A stretch of 64,000 nt of DNA, from positions 310,001-374,000 of the forward strand of contig NW_003314284.1 in assembly GCF_000143415.4 (NCBI RefSeq), written 5' to 3'. Source of the stretch: Selaginella moellendorffii (taxonomy: Eukaryota; Plantae; Lycopodiophyta). The stretch's first letter is position 1; the number at the start of each line of letters is the position of its first letter. Positions 51,701-64,000 of the stretch are shown here, piece after piece. Below the pieces are notes generated by a model. The model saw only the letters and a program-made list of their open reading frames with translations. It was not told the DNA's origin and ran no database searches. The position numbers were made by a program, and so were the translations under genes.

Positions 51701-52914
51701 ATCCCAAAGTCGTTCCATTATTGCCCCTTTTCTATCCACCACCGTGTCTACAAGTTCACACATGAACTATAATGGAGAGCCATGTCTTCCCGACGTGCTA
51801 CTCCTCAAGAATAGGCCCACTCCTTGGACCTTCCGATGCCAACACCAATGGTGATATACTTGAGCACCAATAAAAGTCGGACTAAGGAACAGCTCCGATA
51901 CCAAATTGTAAGCGACTAAATTTTCCATTCTACTTTAGTCACTTAACCACACCTCCGACCACTTGGAGGAGTCTCAATCACAACCTCCATAAGTCCATTT
52001 CAGGACTTGGGACTTGCTAGCCTCGAGAATGGCATCCATGCCACTCAACATTTGCACTTGGTCCAAATGCTCCACGTGTCCGATCCCATGACCGACACTC
52101 AAAAGTACCACCGACATGGCAGCCTGTTACACTAAGGCCATGCCCAATCACCTTTGCCACACTGGTAGTCCAATACCATTTGTATCACAGTCTTGGCTCT
52201 CCAAAACTAGGCAAACCATCCATGAGTGGTCATCTCGGATCCACTCCTTAGCATCCTTAGGATGCCCACCGACATGGGGAATAGCCTTCCCCAATATCCC
52301 TCTATCAGTCCCCACTAAGTCCCTTTCTGCCCCTGGCCGTGTTTGCCAACACTGCCACTGGATCGAGGCCCACAAGCCCGACCACTAAGTCCCACGGTCC
52401 TCTGGGACTTCCTCACCACACGACTGTGTCCTTGGTCACTACCCTAGAGGACTGCTCCTCTTCCTTTCCATAGTCTGGGCCTTTGGGACAACATTTCGGA
52501 ACACCATGGCCTTACACGAGCCACCTGGGTACTCTCCCCGCCTTCCGCCCTTGGGTGCTCTAGCCATGGACTTAGAGCGAGGTTCCGTTGAGCCACGCCT
52601 GGTATCCAAGTAGGTAGTGCCACCCACACTTGGACTGGGAGCATCTGTCAGTCGATCTCCCGGGGGAACTAGAGCCGGCTCTTGAACACTTCACCAAGCT
52701 ACCCCACTTGTCGGTCTGTGTTCACTCTAGTCTTGGACTTCCCAGTGGTCAGCTCATCACCCAACACTGGGTCTGGCCTTCCTGGGCCAAACTGGCCTTT
52801 CCTGGCCAAACTGGCTCCACTGGGCTCCAACCCCCACACTCTCCCTACTATACTTTTGGAACCCCCCCTGGGGGACGATCGCTTTAGGCTTTCACCCAAC
52901 TGCCTGTATTAGAA

Positions 52915-52968
52915 TTCGGACTCGGACTCGGACTCGGACTCGGTCTCGGTCCCGGATTCGGACTCGGA

Positions 52969-53005
<37 letters not shown>

Positions 53006-53475
53006 CCGGTCTCGGTTCCATCTCGGACTCCATCTCGGACTCCATCTTGGACTCCATCTCGGGTCCATCTCGGACTCCATCTCGGGTCCATCTCGGACTC
53101 CATATCGGACTCCACTTCGGGTCCATCTCGGACTCCATCTTGGACTCCATATCGGACTCCACTTCGGGTCCATCTCGGACTCCATCTCGGACTCTATATC
53201 GGACTCCATATCGGACTCCACTTCGGGTCCATCTCGGACTCCATATCGGACTCCATCTCGGACTCCACTTCGGACTCCATATCGGACTCCATATCAGACT
53301 CCACTTCGGGTCCATCTCGGACTCCATATCGGACTCCATCTCGGACTCCACTTCGGACTCCATATCGGACTCTATATCGGACTCCATATCGGACTCCACT
53401 TCGGGTCCATCTCGGACTCCACTTCGGGTCCATTTCGGACTCCAACTCGGGTCCGCCTTGGACTCCATCTCGGAC
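52915..53475. repeat. Hexamer plus 11/12-bp minisatellite array in the 5' LTR
   Basis: (TCGGAC)n/(TCGGTC)n grading into the same 12-bp units as in 44932-46975. Confidence 0.95.
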
Positions 53476-56043
53476 ACTTCCACGTGTCATATGTTGGTCC
53501 TTTTTGGGTCCCTTTTTGGAGCCTTGCTTATTGGTTGCCTCGTGCTTACTCCTTGAGCACTTTGTTGGGAGTTCCACTCCCGCTCTTGATCTTCCAAGTC
53601 GGAGCTTTTAGTCCAAATGTGTTATGCTTGTTTGGCTTTCGCTTTGGCTACTACCACGTGGCACCCTTTCCGGCTCCACTTTGGGGCCTAGGGATTTTGT
53701 GTCTCACAACAATGTGTTGTAAGAGTATATATACCATCATTTTGATCTTTGCCATTGTTTCTATCAAAAACCAAAAAATATATAAGGCATTTTTTGAGAT
53801 GTGGGAGTTGTAGGGGGTTTCAAAAGTATGGTAAGAATAATAAAGTCTAAAAACCAATTTTAAAGGAATTTTCTAGTAATGCTTCAAAACTAACTTAAGG
53901 TTAGGACTAAGGGTTAGGAGCCTTGGGTGAAGCATAGACTCCAATGGTGCCAAAGAAGCTACCCAAAAAATTGCTTAAGAGCAACTCCCACTCTCATAAG
54001 GGAAATTAATTACAATGCTCTCGACTTATATGGAGTGGTACCTCACATGAGTACCATGTAGCTCATTGGTCTTTGCCCCTTTCTAAGGGTTTAAACTTTC
54101 CTTTCGAGATGGAAGTAAGGGAAGTAAGGGTATCTATACTAGGCTGTTAAGACATAGTATTTCCCCTTGGGGTCCCGAAGCAAATGATGCATTAAAGGCT
54201 TAGGATTTAAAGGGTCTTATGATCAAGTTTTATGGTACCAAGGAATGTTAAAATTTGAAGGTTTAGTGTGTTTTATTGCTTATGCTTGCGAGGATTGTAG
54301 CTAAACCTTAAGTTCAATCTAACTTGAAGAGGGGGATTGGGAAAGAATTTGGGAATTTGTAGATGGATGGTTAGCATTTTATTGTTCATACAATAAATAG
54401 CTAAAACCAAGTAAAACCAAGTAGAAGTTAATACAATAGATGAGAACTTTCACAAGGGAACTTAACTAAGGCCAAGGTAGTGGTGATCGGATAGATGATG
54501 TAAGCTGGCAAATTGGAAAAAAAAAAATTTATAGCTTACAAAAAATCACAAAATTGTGATTTTCAAAAAAAAGTAGGAGAACATTCTTTTTTACCTAATT
54601 TGTTGCACCCTCTATTATTACATTTATCTTCAACTAGTAATCACTATTTTCATTATCTTCTTTTTCTTTCTTTTATATAGTTTAATTGTGTTGGGCAATG
54701 GGTTAACTATTACAACTTTTAGCCCTTGAATTACTAATTTGGGAAGAAATATTGCAAAATTTAAAATTACCTACATTAGAACCTGTAGACATTTATATGT
54801 ATTTCCCTTTTTTTGGATAAAAGTGCAACTGATAAATTCTAAACATTATACTATAACAAACCCTTCAAAAATGTATTTTAGAGAAGAACTAAATCTCTAT
54901 TTTATATGCAACAAATTTACATTAATGATTGTTTTTTTTCCTTTCAAACAATTATATAGCCTTATAAAGAATCTTATTTAAAATTTAATATTTTTTAAAT
55001 TTTGACAAATCTGACATTTACTAGCTAGAGTACAAATTTAAAGAAGTGACAAGAATACTTTTTTTTGCAAATATTTTATTTTATATTCTAACAAAAATCC
55101 CTATTATGGCATATAATTAATACTAATTTTTAGAACAAGAAGGTATAGAGAGTTGTAAAATGATTAGGTTTACCATCATTTTAATATTTTATAATATTTA
55201 TATTAAATTACAATTGAAAATTAAACTCAACTTTTCAGCTTGTGAGCTCAAAAGTGGTTCACACTCCCATGGAGGATGGCACTGCCAAACAACACCCTAT
55301 TGCACTAAATCGTTTGTTTTGCACTAACCCCCTACTACACTAACTCAATTTGCCAGAAAACCCTAGTTCTTTATAAGACGGCCACCACTTCCTTGTCTTC
55401 TTAAGAGGTGTGGTTTCTAATTTTTATTCTATAGTATTGAACATTCATAACAAAAGACCACTGGAACTCAATCTAGAGCCTCCATTTGGAGTCTATGGCC
55501 AAAGAATAAACAATACTTTCACACATATAATGTATGTTTTTTTTTCAATGAGGTTTAATAGTGAAGGATTTCTTGCTCTTCAGAGTGGATTTTCTTACAC
55601 TAGTTGTCTATAAAGAATTTAATGAGACTTTATTCAAGGGTCTTCTATAGATTTCTTTCACTATGAAGAATTTATGGGTGTAAATTAGAGAAGGATTTCT
55701 TGCTCTTCTATTGACCATTTAGAGGTTTTTTTCACTAGCTCCCCATAAAGGATGTAATATGGACTTACACTCTTTTCTAGAGGCTTGAAAAATGTAGACT
55801 TTATTACCTTATTGTTGCTTCCATTACAGCTTGACAGCCATTCAAATTGCTACTCGAAGTTAAGTTTGATCACTGTAACTAGGCTACCTTAATCTATGAT
55901 CAACTCACTAGTCCAAGAAATTGACTTACTATGAGATGAGACTCCCTATGATCAAGCTGCTCTCTATGATCCTAGCTAAGGTCGACTTAGGAGCTGAGGT
56001 TGCTTTGAGCCAAGGCCACACTGATCTTTAGTCAAACAAATAG

Positions 56044-56048
<5 letters not shown>

Positions 56049-56104
<56 letters not shown>

Positions 56105-56133
56105 TACTTGTATAGCTTATATATATATATATA
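56049..56133. repeat. (TA)n microsatellite, interrupted
   Basis: Direct reading. Confidence 0.95.
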
Positions 56134-59100
56134 CAAGTACTTGCCTAGCAAATGCTGGGTGGTTTACAAAGAGGTTTAATATAAACCTCTTTATAGACAA
56201 TGTTGATTGTAAAAACAAAAGGATTTTGAGGAAGGAGGTGGCCTTAGCGTATGGTGTTTTGAACTTTAATTCCAATGCTATGTGGTGATGTGCATCTTAA
56301 TAAAGCCACATAAAGTTGCCTATGAGTGAAAACTGGATGGGGCAAGTAAACTCCAACTCAGTCAAATGTGGCAGTTGGAGATTGTTAAGCAGTAACCTAA
56401 ATGGGTTGGAAATTCTCTTCTGGATATTTTGAACGGAATTTCTATATTTCATGGTATTAGTGTGATACGTGGGATAAAAACTCTTGTCCCTTGAAATTGC
56501 CCCATCATAATTTCACAGTCTAAAACATTTGGTAGTGCATTTTTCAAGATGAAACATGTGCCATTGCATAGTCCTGCTGATAGAGACATATTCCTTAGGA
56601 GGATAAGAATAACATCTTGTTTGAGAGAGAGTTTATGTGGTGGAAGACCAGAAGGTGTGATAGAATTTAGGAATTCTATTGGAAAATTTTCAAAATGTTC
56701 AGTGTCAACAAAATCAACACTTTTGTAAATATATATATCACCTTGTAATCTAGAGACAATAGTGTTATTGATTGCAAATGTGTCATCGTTAAGTGGGGTA
56801 AATATGACTTGATTGGCTGCAATACAAGGGTTTGAAATATCAAGTACTGAAAGGTAGACAAAATCAATAATAGCTGAATAAATTAGTTGTGTATGAGGTA
56901 ATAAAATGGAGTTAGAAGGTAAAAATGGTAAATTTGAGAATTTTCACCATTTCTGACTTTGAGAAGCCATTCAGCCCATCATTTATCACTTTCAACAAGT
57001 CACATCTTTGTTTTTAAAGATAAATTTTTAAATAATCTCTATAATTTATTCATTCTTATAGAACTTGAAACAATTTATGCCCTATGTTCATATGGAATGA
57101 CTGGAAGTGTCTGTCTAAAGTCCCCGCTAATAATAACAATTATGCCACCAAAAGGTAATGATGTATTTTTAGGTCTCACAACACTCGATCAACAATAATG
57201 AATGCATGAGTGTGAACCATACTTATTTCATCCCATAATAATACGTTAATAGTTTTGATTCTTATACCTGCTTCACTATTAGCAATTATAGTAGAAGTTG
57301 ATGTTTCATTTATTGGAACAGAAAGTTTAAAAGTAGTGTGTGAAGTTTGGCCATTATAAAGTAAAGTACTTGCAATTTCTATTCAAGCCATGCTAATAAC
57401 ATTTATTTTTTTCAGTTGTAAAATATTTATAAGAGTGTTAAGAAGAAATGTTTTACCAGTACTACCAGGGCCATCAATAAAAATGTATCAATTATGCTTA
57501 GTTGGGTGATCAATAATATTAAGAATATCATTAAAACTATTTAATTATTCTTGATTAAATCAAGGAATATTTTCTTTAACATTTTGATATATTTGTGTTG
57601 AGTTGACATGATTTTCATCATCAAAATTTTCAGACAGGAAAGATAGATGGTAATTTTGATTAATTTTGCCATGTATTTTCATTTTAATATTTATATCATA
57701 TAAAGCATGTTCATAATGAAAAATTAGATTTGTTTGTATGAAATCCTTAGAGAGGAAATCTTTAAATTTACCCCATAAAAAGTAAGGCTCTTTTGGAGTG
57801 CAAAAGATACAAAGTAATATAAATAATTGTCTTAATTGTGATAGCATTCTAAAAAAGTAAACATCTTCTAAACATTTCTCCCATTTGATATTATCAGTTA
57901 TAAGCTATGACATTTGAAATATGTCATAATAAATATTGTTAACTATCTTGAGATCTTTGAAAGACATAACACCTTTTTTATGGAGTAAAATAAGACATAA
58001 ATAATATAGTTCAATATTGGATGGCAACACAAAATATATTTGGAGAATGATATTTCTTGTATGTCGAATTTGCTAATTATGAGTATGAGGGTTAAATATA
58101 TAATATAAAGGGCTTTCAAAATATATATAATGTCTAGCATTTGGGTCATTTATATTTAATTTAAACCATTTTGTCAACATTGTATCATTTTGAGTAGCTC
58201 TTGAAATGCTATTTGTTCAGAACCTTTTATAAAATAGATGTTTTGAAATTTTGAAAAATGGATAGGAAGACAGATTATAGGGGTCGAACAACCATGCACT
58301 TTAAATTTAAAAAGTCTCCATATTGCTTCTGGAACAGATACATAACGTGTATTTAAAAAGTTGAGATTTTGTCCCAATTTAAAATATTATTAAGTTGTTG
58401 GGTTGATTTCAATTGTAGCACAATCATAACCTTTATAGACATATTGAAATAAATATTTAATACTTTTTATAGTCACAAAAATTTCAATATTAATATGAGT
58501 ATTATATTTTTTATAAAGGTCTTTATTATAAGGCACTACCCAAAAATTATCAATATAGCACCCATTGTTTATAAATGTGAGGCCATTATCAATTCTATAA
58601 TAATCTGGATATCTATAAACACTAAAAGTAGTTTTATAATTAAATTTGTTTGGATAACCTTTTGAGCAAGTGTCATTTTCCATGCAAGGACTATTAGGGT
58701 ATAGAGGCCCACATAGACCATGTATCATATAAGAAGTAATTATTTTAGAAATTTCAGATTCATTTTGAGGATCAAGCAATTATGCCATTATCTATTGATT
58801 AATAGCACCACAGTTTTTAATCTTATTTTCATGAGATAAAATTCCTAGAAAGTGACAATATGGAAAGCCTCTCTTTCGAAATTCAATTAGATATATAAAA
58901 GCAATATAGTTTCCAAAAATATGCTTTTTAATAATATCATTCAAAAATTCTTTAAGCTTGATATGAAATACTTTAGAAACCAAGTCTGGACGATCTTCAA
59001 GGCCTTCATCTGGATTTAAGTTTTTAGAAATTTCTGGCCATTTAGGATTGCATGTAAAAGTAATAAAAAGATATGGCTTTAAAAAATGAGTAACTATAAC

Positions 59101-60430
59101 CATTGCATTTTGATAATTTTGTTGCATTGCTCTAGGGCCATCCCCAAAACTTGAAGGTAAAATAAAAATCTTGCCTAGATTTATATTTTCATTAGTAACA
59201 TGGTTTGCAACATAATCCATAAGACCAGTATACATTTCAACTCGCAATTGTTTCTAATGAATGCGATAGTAATTTAAATTATTTCTTTCAACTTTTACAT
59301 AAGCATCAACTATATATTATTGTGTGAGTTTTCCTGCATGTAAAATTTGATCAAAACCAAAGTGTATTGTGTCTTTTATAGATAAAAAGTATGCATAATA
59401 TTGGAGTAATGTAATTCAACATCCAGAATTAAAAATATTTTTGTGCCAGCATTTGTCACCAAAAGGAAATATTAATGGGTAAACTATTGGATCACAATTA
59501 TAATCAAATATTGAGATACATTTAGAATTGCTTACAGTTGGATATATACATTTCATGATTATATGGCAGTTCTCCATCATCATTAACAAACACAACAGCA
59601 ACATCATTTATCCATGGAGCATTATAGCATCATGGATCAGTTCCTTCAGTTTTTAATAACATGTAAACATTTAAGTAAGTTTGTCTCACAGCATGAATTA
59701 AAAGGGTTTTGCTTTCTTATATCTATAGCTTCTAAAGTATCAAGCATATAAAATTGTCCATAAGTTTGATATTGACTTTCAGAAGGATGTGTTGATACAA
59801 TATTATGATATATTTGACCATGGATTTTAAAGCAATAAGGACTATGACCTTTTACAATATCAATATTAGAAGACATAGATGCAAAAGCAAAGAGCACTAT
59901 TGTAGTGTTTAATATTTGTTCTAAAATTAGAGTTCTTATTTTGCTTATAAAGTGAAAGTAAATCAAATGGTAAAGATGAAATTTGAGGTAATATTCTGGC
60001 AACACATTGAAGAGTTTTCATCTTTAAAATGCAATGCATTACAAAAAGTACAAACAAACGATAAACTACTAATATTAAAATTTATAATGTTAAAATCATT
60101 ATAAATGCTATAGTTTGCTAGTGTTATTCATGGGTGGGAGTGGTGGATCTAATATTGTTTGATATATGTAATCGTTATAATGACATGCATGAAAGGTTCC
60201 AGATGCTTCTGACTGTCCAACTGATTGGTGTATATAGTCATTATCATGATTAATATTTTGGTGTATAGAATCATTATTATGATTATTTTGAACAGCTATA
60301 GTATGTGTATCATGATCAATCATAGTTTCAGAGGCATCTAAATCTCCATTAGATTGTTTATTATGTCGTATGGCTCTCAAAAGATGGCAGAGGCAAGGCA
60401 TTTTCAGTCAATTTGATTATAGATTTGAAG
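56134..60430 (-). mobile_element. Helitron relic with RepHel pseudogene
   Basis: PSSFGDGPRAMQQNYQ..FITFTCNPKWPEI..DRPDLV..IEFRKRG (Rep), MIHGLCG, VVPYN, RYVSVPEAIWRLF, DGPGSTGKT (PIF1 Walker A), GDFRQTLPV and HRQLYVAL. 3' hairpin at 56144-56159, then CTTG. Confidence 0.92.

Positions 60431-60433
<3 letters not shown>

Positions 60434-60501
<68 letters not shown>
60434..60501. repeat. (TA)n microsatellite
   Basis: Direct reading. Confidence 0.95.
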
Positions 60502-60505
<4 letters not shown>

Positions 60506-61955
60506 TTGAGTTTGTATAGAAGTTTATGCAGTTGGATATATATAAAATTCACAACTATGTAATGATCTGAAAGGAAAATATTAGGCTTTTGTGAAGCACA
60601 CTCAAGAACAACAAAATAACTCCAATATTGTGTTTACCAATCTCTGCCTCATAATCCACAGCTTTGCAATTTTGAGCTGCTGCCCCAAGTGTTGCTCCTA
60701 TGCTAGCATCAGGTTACCTGGCACAGCATCCCAGACACCTGAGAAAGCCCATAAGCATGCATTGTTGAAACCGGCCCTCAGAATCTCGGAAACTGGAACT
60801 AAATTTTAGATTTGACAGAAGCAATATTGGACGGAAAAAAAATCTCATCATAGAATACAAAGATATTCAAACTTACAACTTACCTCGATCTAAAAACAAA
60901 GCTAAACCAGGCAATGCTTGCAATGGCACCTTTTCCTTCTCCTTCTCTTTCGAGAGAACTTGGACATCAGTGCTGTGTCGGGTTTCCAAAACTTCAGGAG
61001 CAGCGTTGGCTGGCGCAGCCACTCAACAGCCCTACATCAACTCGAAACACCTAGTTCCTACAAATGGAGTTGATCCCGAGCATGTGCTAAAACAACAATC
61101 CCTCACTAGGCCCAGCAGCAAGGGATTCCTCAAGAGAATCTGGGGATGAAGAGGGAGTGTCCTTGATAATTGCTTTCCTATAGGCCAAAGCTATAGAGCT
61201 CTTGAGGCAGTGGCGAACACGGATCAAAGCTTTGTTGAGTTGGAGATGAGCCAATTTGCCTCTCATAGTCCTGAGTTGATCCCAAGAGGAACCTAGATTG
61301 TGTGCCCGCCTACCATTCTACTCGCCCTTGTTACCTCCTCTAGGAGCTTAGAGCGGGGTTCCATGCTCCACCCTAGGGGGAAAATTTCCAAGGGAAAATT
61401 TCCAGGGGGGAGAAATAAAACCTTGGGTTCCATGCCCCCCCCCCCCTTCTGGTGACATGGCACCAAAAATGGGGGGGAAGGGGGGAACCTGGTGTCCCCA
61501 CCGTAAATTTCTCCTGAAGCTTGGAACCCAGTAAAATACTAAAATAAAATAATGCCATGTGGCTAAATTGCCATATCATCTAAAAATTTGACCTGCCCTA
61601 ATTTTGCCACGTGTGAACATATGAGTTCTTGGAGGGTTTTGGGGGGGATTTTTGCAGTGATTTGAGAACGCAGTCTGTAGGAAATGGAGAATCGCTCACC
61701 CTCACCTCATCCATGGTCGTAATTTAGCTCTTATTCTAACTCATCAATAGCTCAAACTCATGTAAGTATGAAATTTTGTAGGTCTAGAATTTTGCTTGTT
61801 GTTTTTAATGTCCAGGGGAGAAGAAGGCTCTTCTTTTAGTGCTAGCATAGAATCTATGCCAAATGTAGTTATGATCCAGTACTTTTCATTTTCTCTTTGG
61901 TTTTTTTCCTTTGTTTATAAAATTTTGCAATGGTAGTTAGCCTAGCATTCCTTCA

Positions 61956-62620
61956 TTTGTTGTTACCGGTTTACTATTTACATTCCAGCGCAAGCACCTA
62001 GCGGCGATACTGATAATTGCCAGCAGCACTTGAGCATCATCATAGCCTCTTTGGTTCTTCCTTGCAAGAGCCTGACGTAACCATCTCTAGAATAGGTAAT
62101 AGTTTTTTTTGGTCCGTTTGTTGCTGCCGGTTTACTGTTTACATTCCATTGCGAGCACCTAGCCTCGATACTAATAATCGCCGGCAGCACTTGAGCATCG
62201 TCACGGCCTTATTGGTTCTTCCCTGTGAGAGCTTGACATAAACCCTCTCTAGAATAGGTAATAGTTTTTTTTTTGTTCGTTTGTTGCTGCCGATTTACTG
62301 TTTACATTCCAGCGTGAGCACCTAGCCTCGATACTGATAATCGGCGGCAGCGCTTGAGCATCATCACGGCCTCTTTGGTTCTTCCTTGCAAGACCTCAAC
62401 GTAAACCATCTCTAGAATAGGTAACAGTTTTTTTTTGGTCCGTTTGTTGCTGCCGATTTACTGTTTACATTCTAGCACGAGCACTTAGCCTTGATACTAA
62501 TAATTGCCAGCAGCATTTGAGCATCATCACAGCCTCTTTGGTTTGAAGGCCTCTACTCGAGATCAACATAAACCATTGCTAGAATAGGTAACAGTTTTTT
62601 TTGTTTACATTCCAGCGTGA
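61956..62620. repeat. About 162-bp tandem repeat, about 4 diverged copies
   Basis: TTTGTTG(C/T)T(G/A)CCG..TTACATTC..TTGAGCATC..CTAGAATAGGTAA recurs at ~61956, 62117, 62280 and 62442. Confidence 0.9.
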
Positions 62621-62705
62621 GTAAAGAGCAACATGCAGCAAAGAGGATCAACACCAAAACATTTAGTTTTTGTCACTCTTAAGTAAATAAAGTATAATAG
62701 TATTG

Positions 62706-64000
62706 TCACTCTAAGCTCTCAATAAACCTTTCCACTGTATCTCTCAATGCTATGCCATCTTTAGCTGAACGAAGAGACCTTTGTGGAAGGTAGCTTGCAT
62801 CATGGTTAAATTTGTCAGGGTCAAAATCTTCCATGAACCTATCATTCCGTGTGATTATTAAGTTATGTAGCACGAAACAAGCCATGATGTTATTCGCAAG
62901 GATGCTTAGATGACCTTTGAATCCTTTCCAAGCTAGCAATTTCCATTGCCTCTTTAAAATTCCAAAAGATCGCTCGACAACAATCCTCATAAAAGAATGA
63001 AAGAAATTGTACTGCTCTTTGGCATAAAACCTATTTGGATATGGGACCAAAACTGGTAAAGCACAGTTATATCCTCCATCAGTAATGATATACTATAGAA
63101 TGTCCCCAAACTCTGTGTGGTACACTAGACCATATAAATGCTTCTTCTCAATCCAAGCCTTTTTCAAACCACTAGAATTCCAAATTCGTCTATCTAGAAC
63201 ACTACTTGCTATCCCTATTATTATGTCAAGAAATGAAGTCTTACTATCTACTATGGTTTGAACTACCATCGAGTAGTACTTTTTTGCCCCAACATACCAA
63301 TCCATTGCATCCTTTGATCTTGAGAGCTTGATTGCAATGTGAGTGCAATCCATTGCACCACAACAGTTTGGGAATCCATGCAATATCTAAAATCCAATTA
63401 TAACTTATTTCATTCCCTCCTCATCCGGCCAATGGATCATTAGTCCTTCATGCTCAAGCAATGCATACTTGAAATGGTGTAGACAGGCTTGGGCAGTGCA
63501 TGAAGCCACTCCAAATGCATCACCAATTGTTCACCATATATCCCCATGCCAAACATTTCAAAGTAATAGCTACTTGCTTTGAAACAGGCAAGTGCCGCTC
63601 TGGTATTTCTACCAAACCTGGAGGAGGCCTCTTAACCAATTTTGGAGCAAGTTCATCACAAAGAAAAGTGAATATAGATATTAAAACCCGAAAAACTTCT
63701 CTAAATCTTTATGGATCTATATGGAGAACTTCAAACTTTGTTTGATACCACCAATGTAGACTTCTTGACTTGATGTAGTACACATTGATCGATAGCCCTT
63801 TTTAGTGATCACTCTCTCAACAAATGAAGATGTAGCAAGATATGGCATAAAAAGCACTATAGCAATCGCTTCCTCCACCATTCGAATGAACAAAAGTTTT
63901 CTTGAAACTGGAACTAAAATCATGTCCTCTTTCTCTAGAAAGAACAACTCTACCAAATTTAAATACTTCATCACAATCCTTACAACATGGGAAATGATTG
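62706..64000 (-). mobile_element. PIF/Harbinger transposase pseudogene (HARBI1-like DDE)
   Basis: GFPNCCGAMDCTHI..YYSMVVQTIVD..DRRIWNSSGL, TDGGY and HSFMRIVVERSFGILKRQW..CFVLHN, with stops and frameshifts. Confidence 0.9.

Larger units (their letters stand above)
43347..53708 (-). mobile_element. LTR retrotransposon, decayed or non-autonomous (LARD-like). 5' LTR 51907-53708, 3' LTR 43347-47205.
   Basis: Direct repeats TGTAAGC...TCACA, about 2.5 percent divergent over the first ~960 bp by manual count. TSD gcaat/acaat. PBS TGGTATCGGAGC (tRNA-iMet type) at 51903-51892. PPT-like GGGTGGTGGAGT at 47217-47206. No recognisable intact pol. Confidence 0.92.

Noticed and set aside
47206-51906. Gypsy or Copia assignment for the large LTR element
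   Set aside because: I could not find RT, RNase H or integrase motifs, so the superfamily cannot be supported.
44932-53475. CRISPR-like appearance of the short repeat arrays
   Set aside because: Units are contiguous with no unique spacers, there are no cas genes, and the context is a eukaryotic LTR.

Overview
Eukaryotic land-plant genomic DNA with four N-gaps. Very short GT-AG introns (about 50-70 nt), tight gene packing and scattered PLS-type PPR fragments suggest a compact lycophyte genome such as Selaginella (inference). The left ~37 kb is gene-dense: TRAPPC11-like, trihelix factor, orphan gene, importin-9, F-box, phosphohexomutase, NF-YB, PDI, alpha/beta-hydrolase, USP, HUA2-like, Y14 and a TPR/J-domain gene. 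It contains a local F-box/importin-9/phosphohexomutase duplication whose two copies decayed reciprocally, with a Mutator-like relic between them. The right ~26 kb is nested transposon DNA: a decayed MULE/SWIM element, a 10.4-kb LTR element with satellite-bearing LTRs, a Helitron relic in (TA)n, and a Harbinger relic. The most notable item is a complete 593-bp Cassandra-type TRIM (48115-48707) with 5S rRNA promoter sequence in its LTRs. It sits inside the large LTR element and shares that element's LTR end, PBS and atypical PPT. All calls come from reading the sequence and recalling family motifs; no searches were run.
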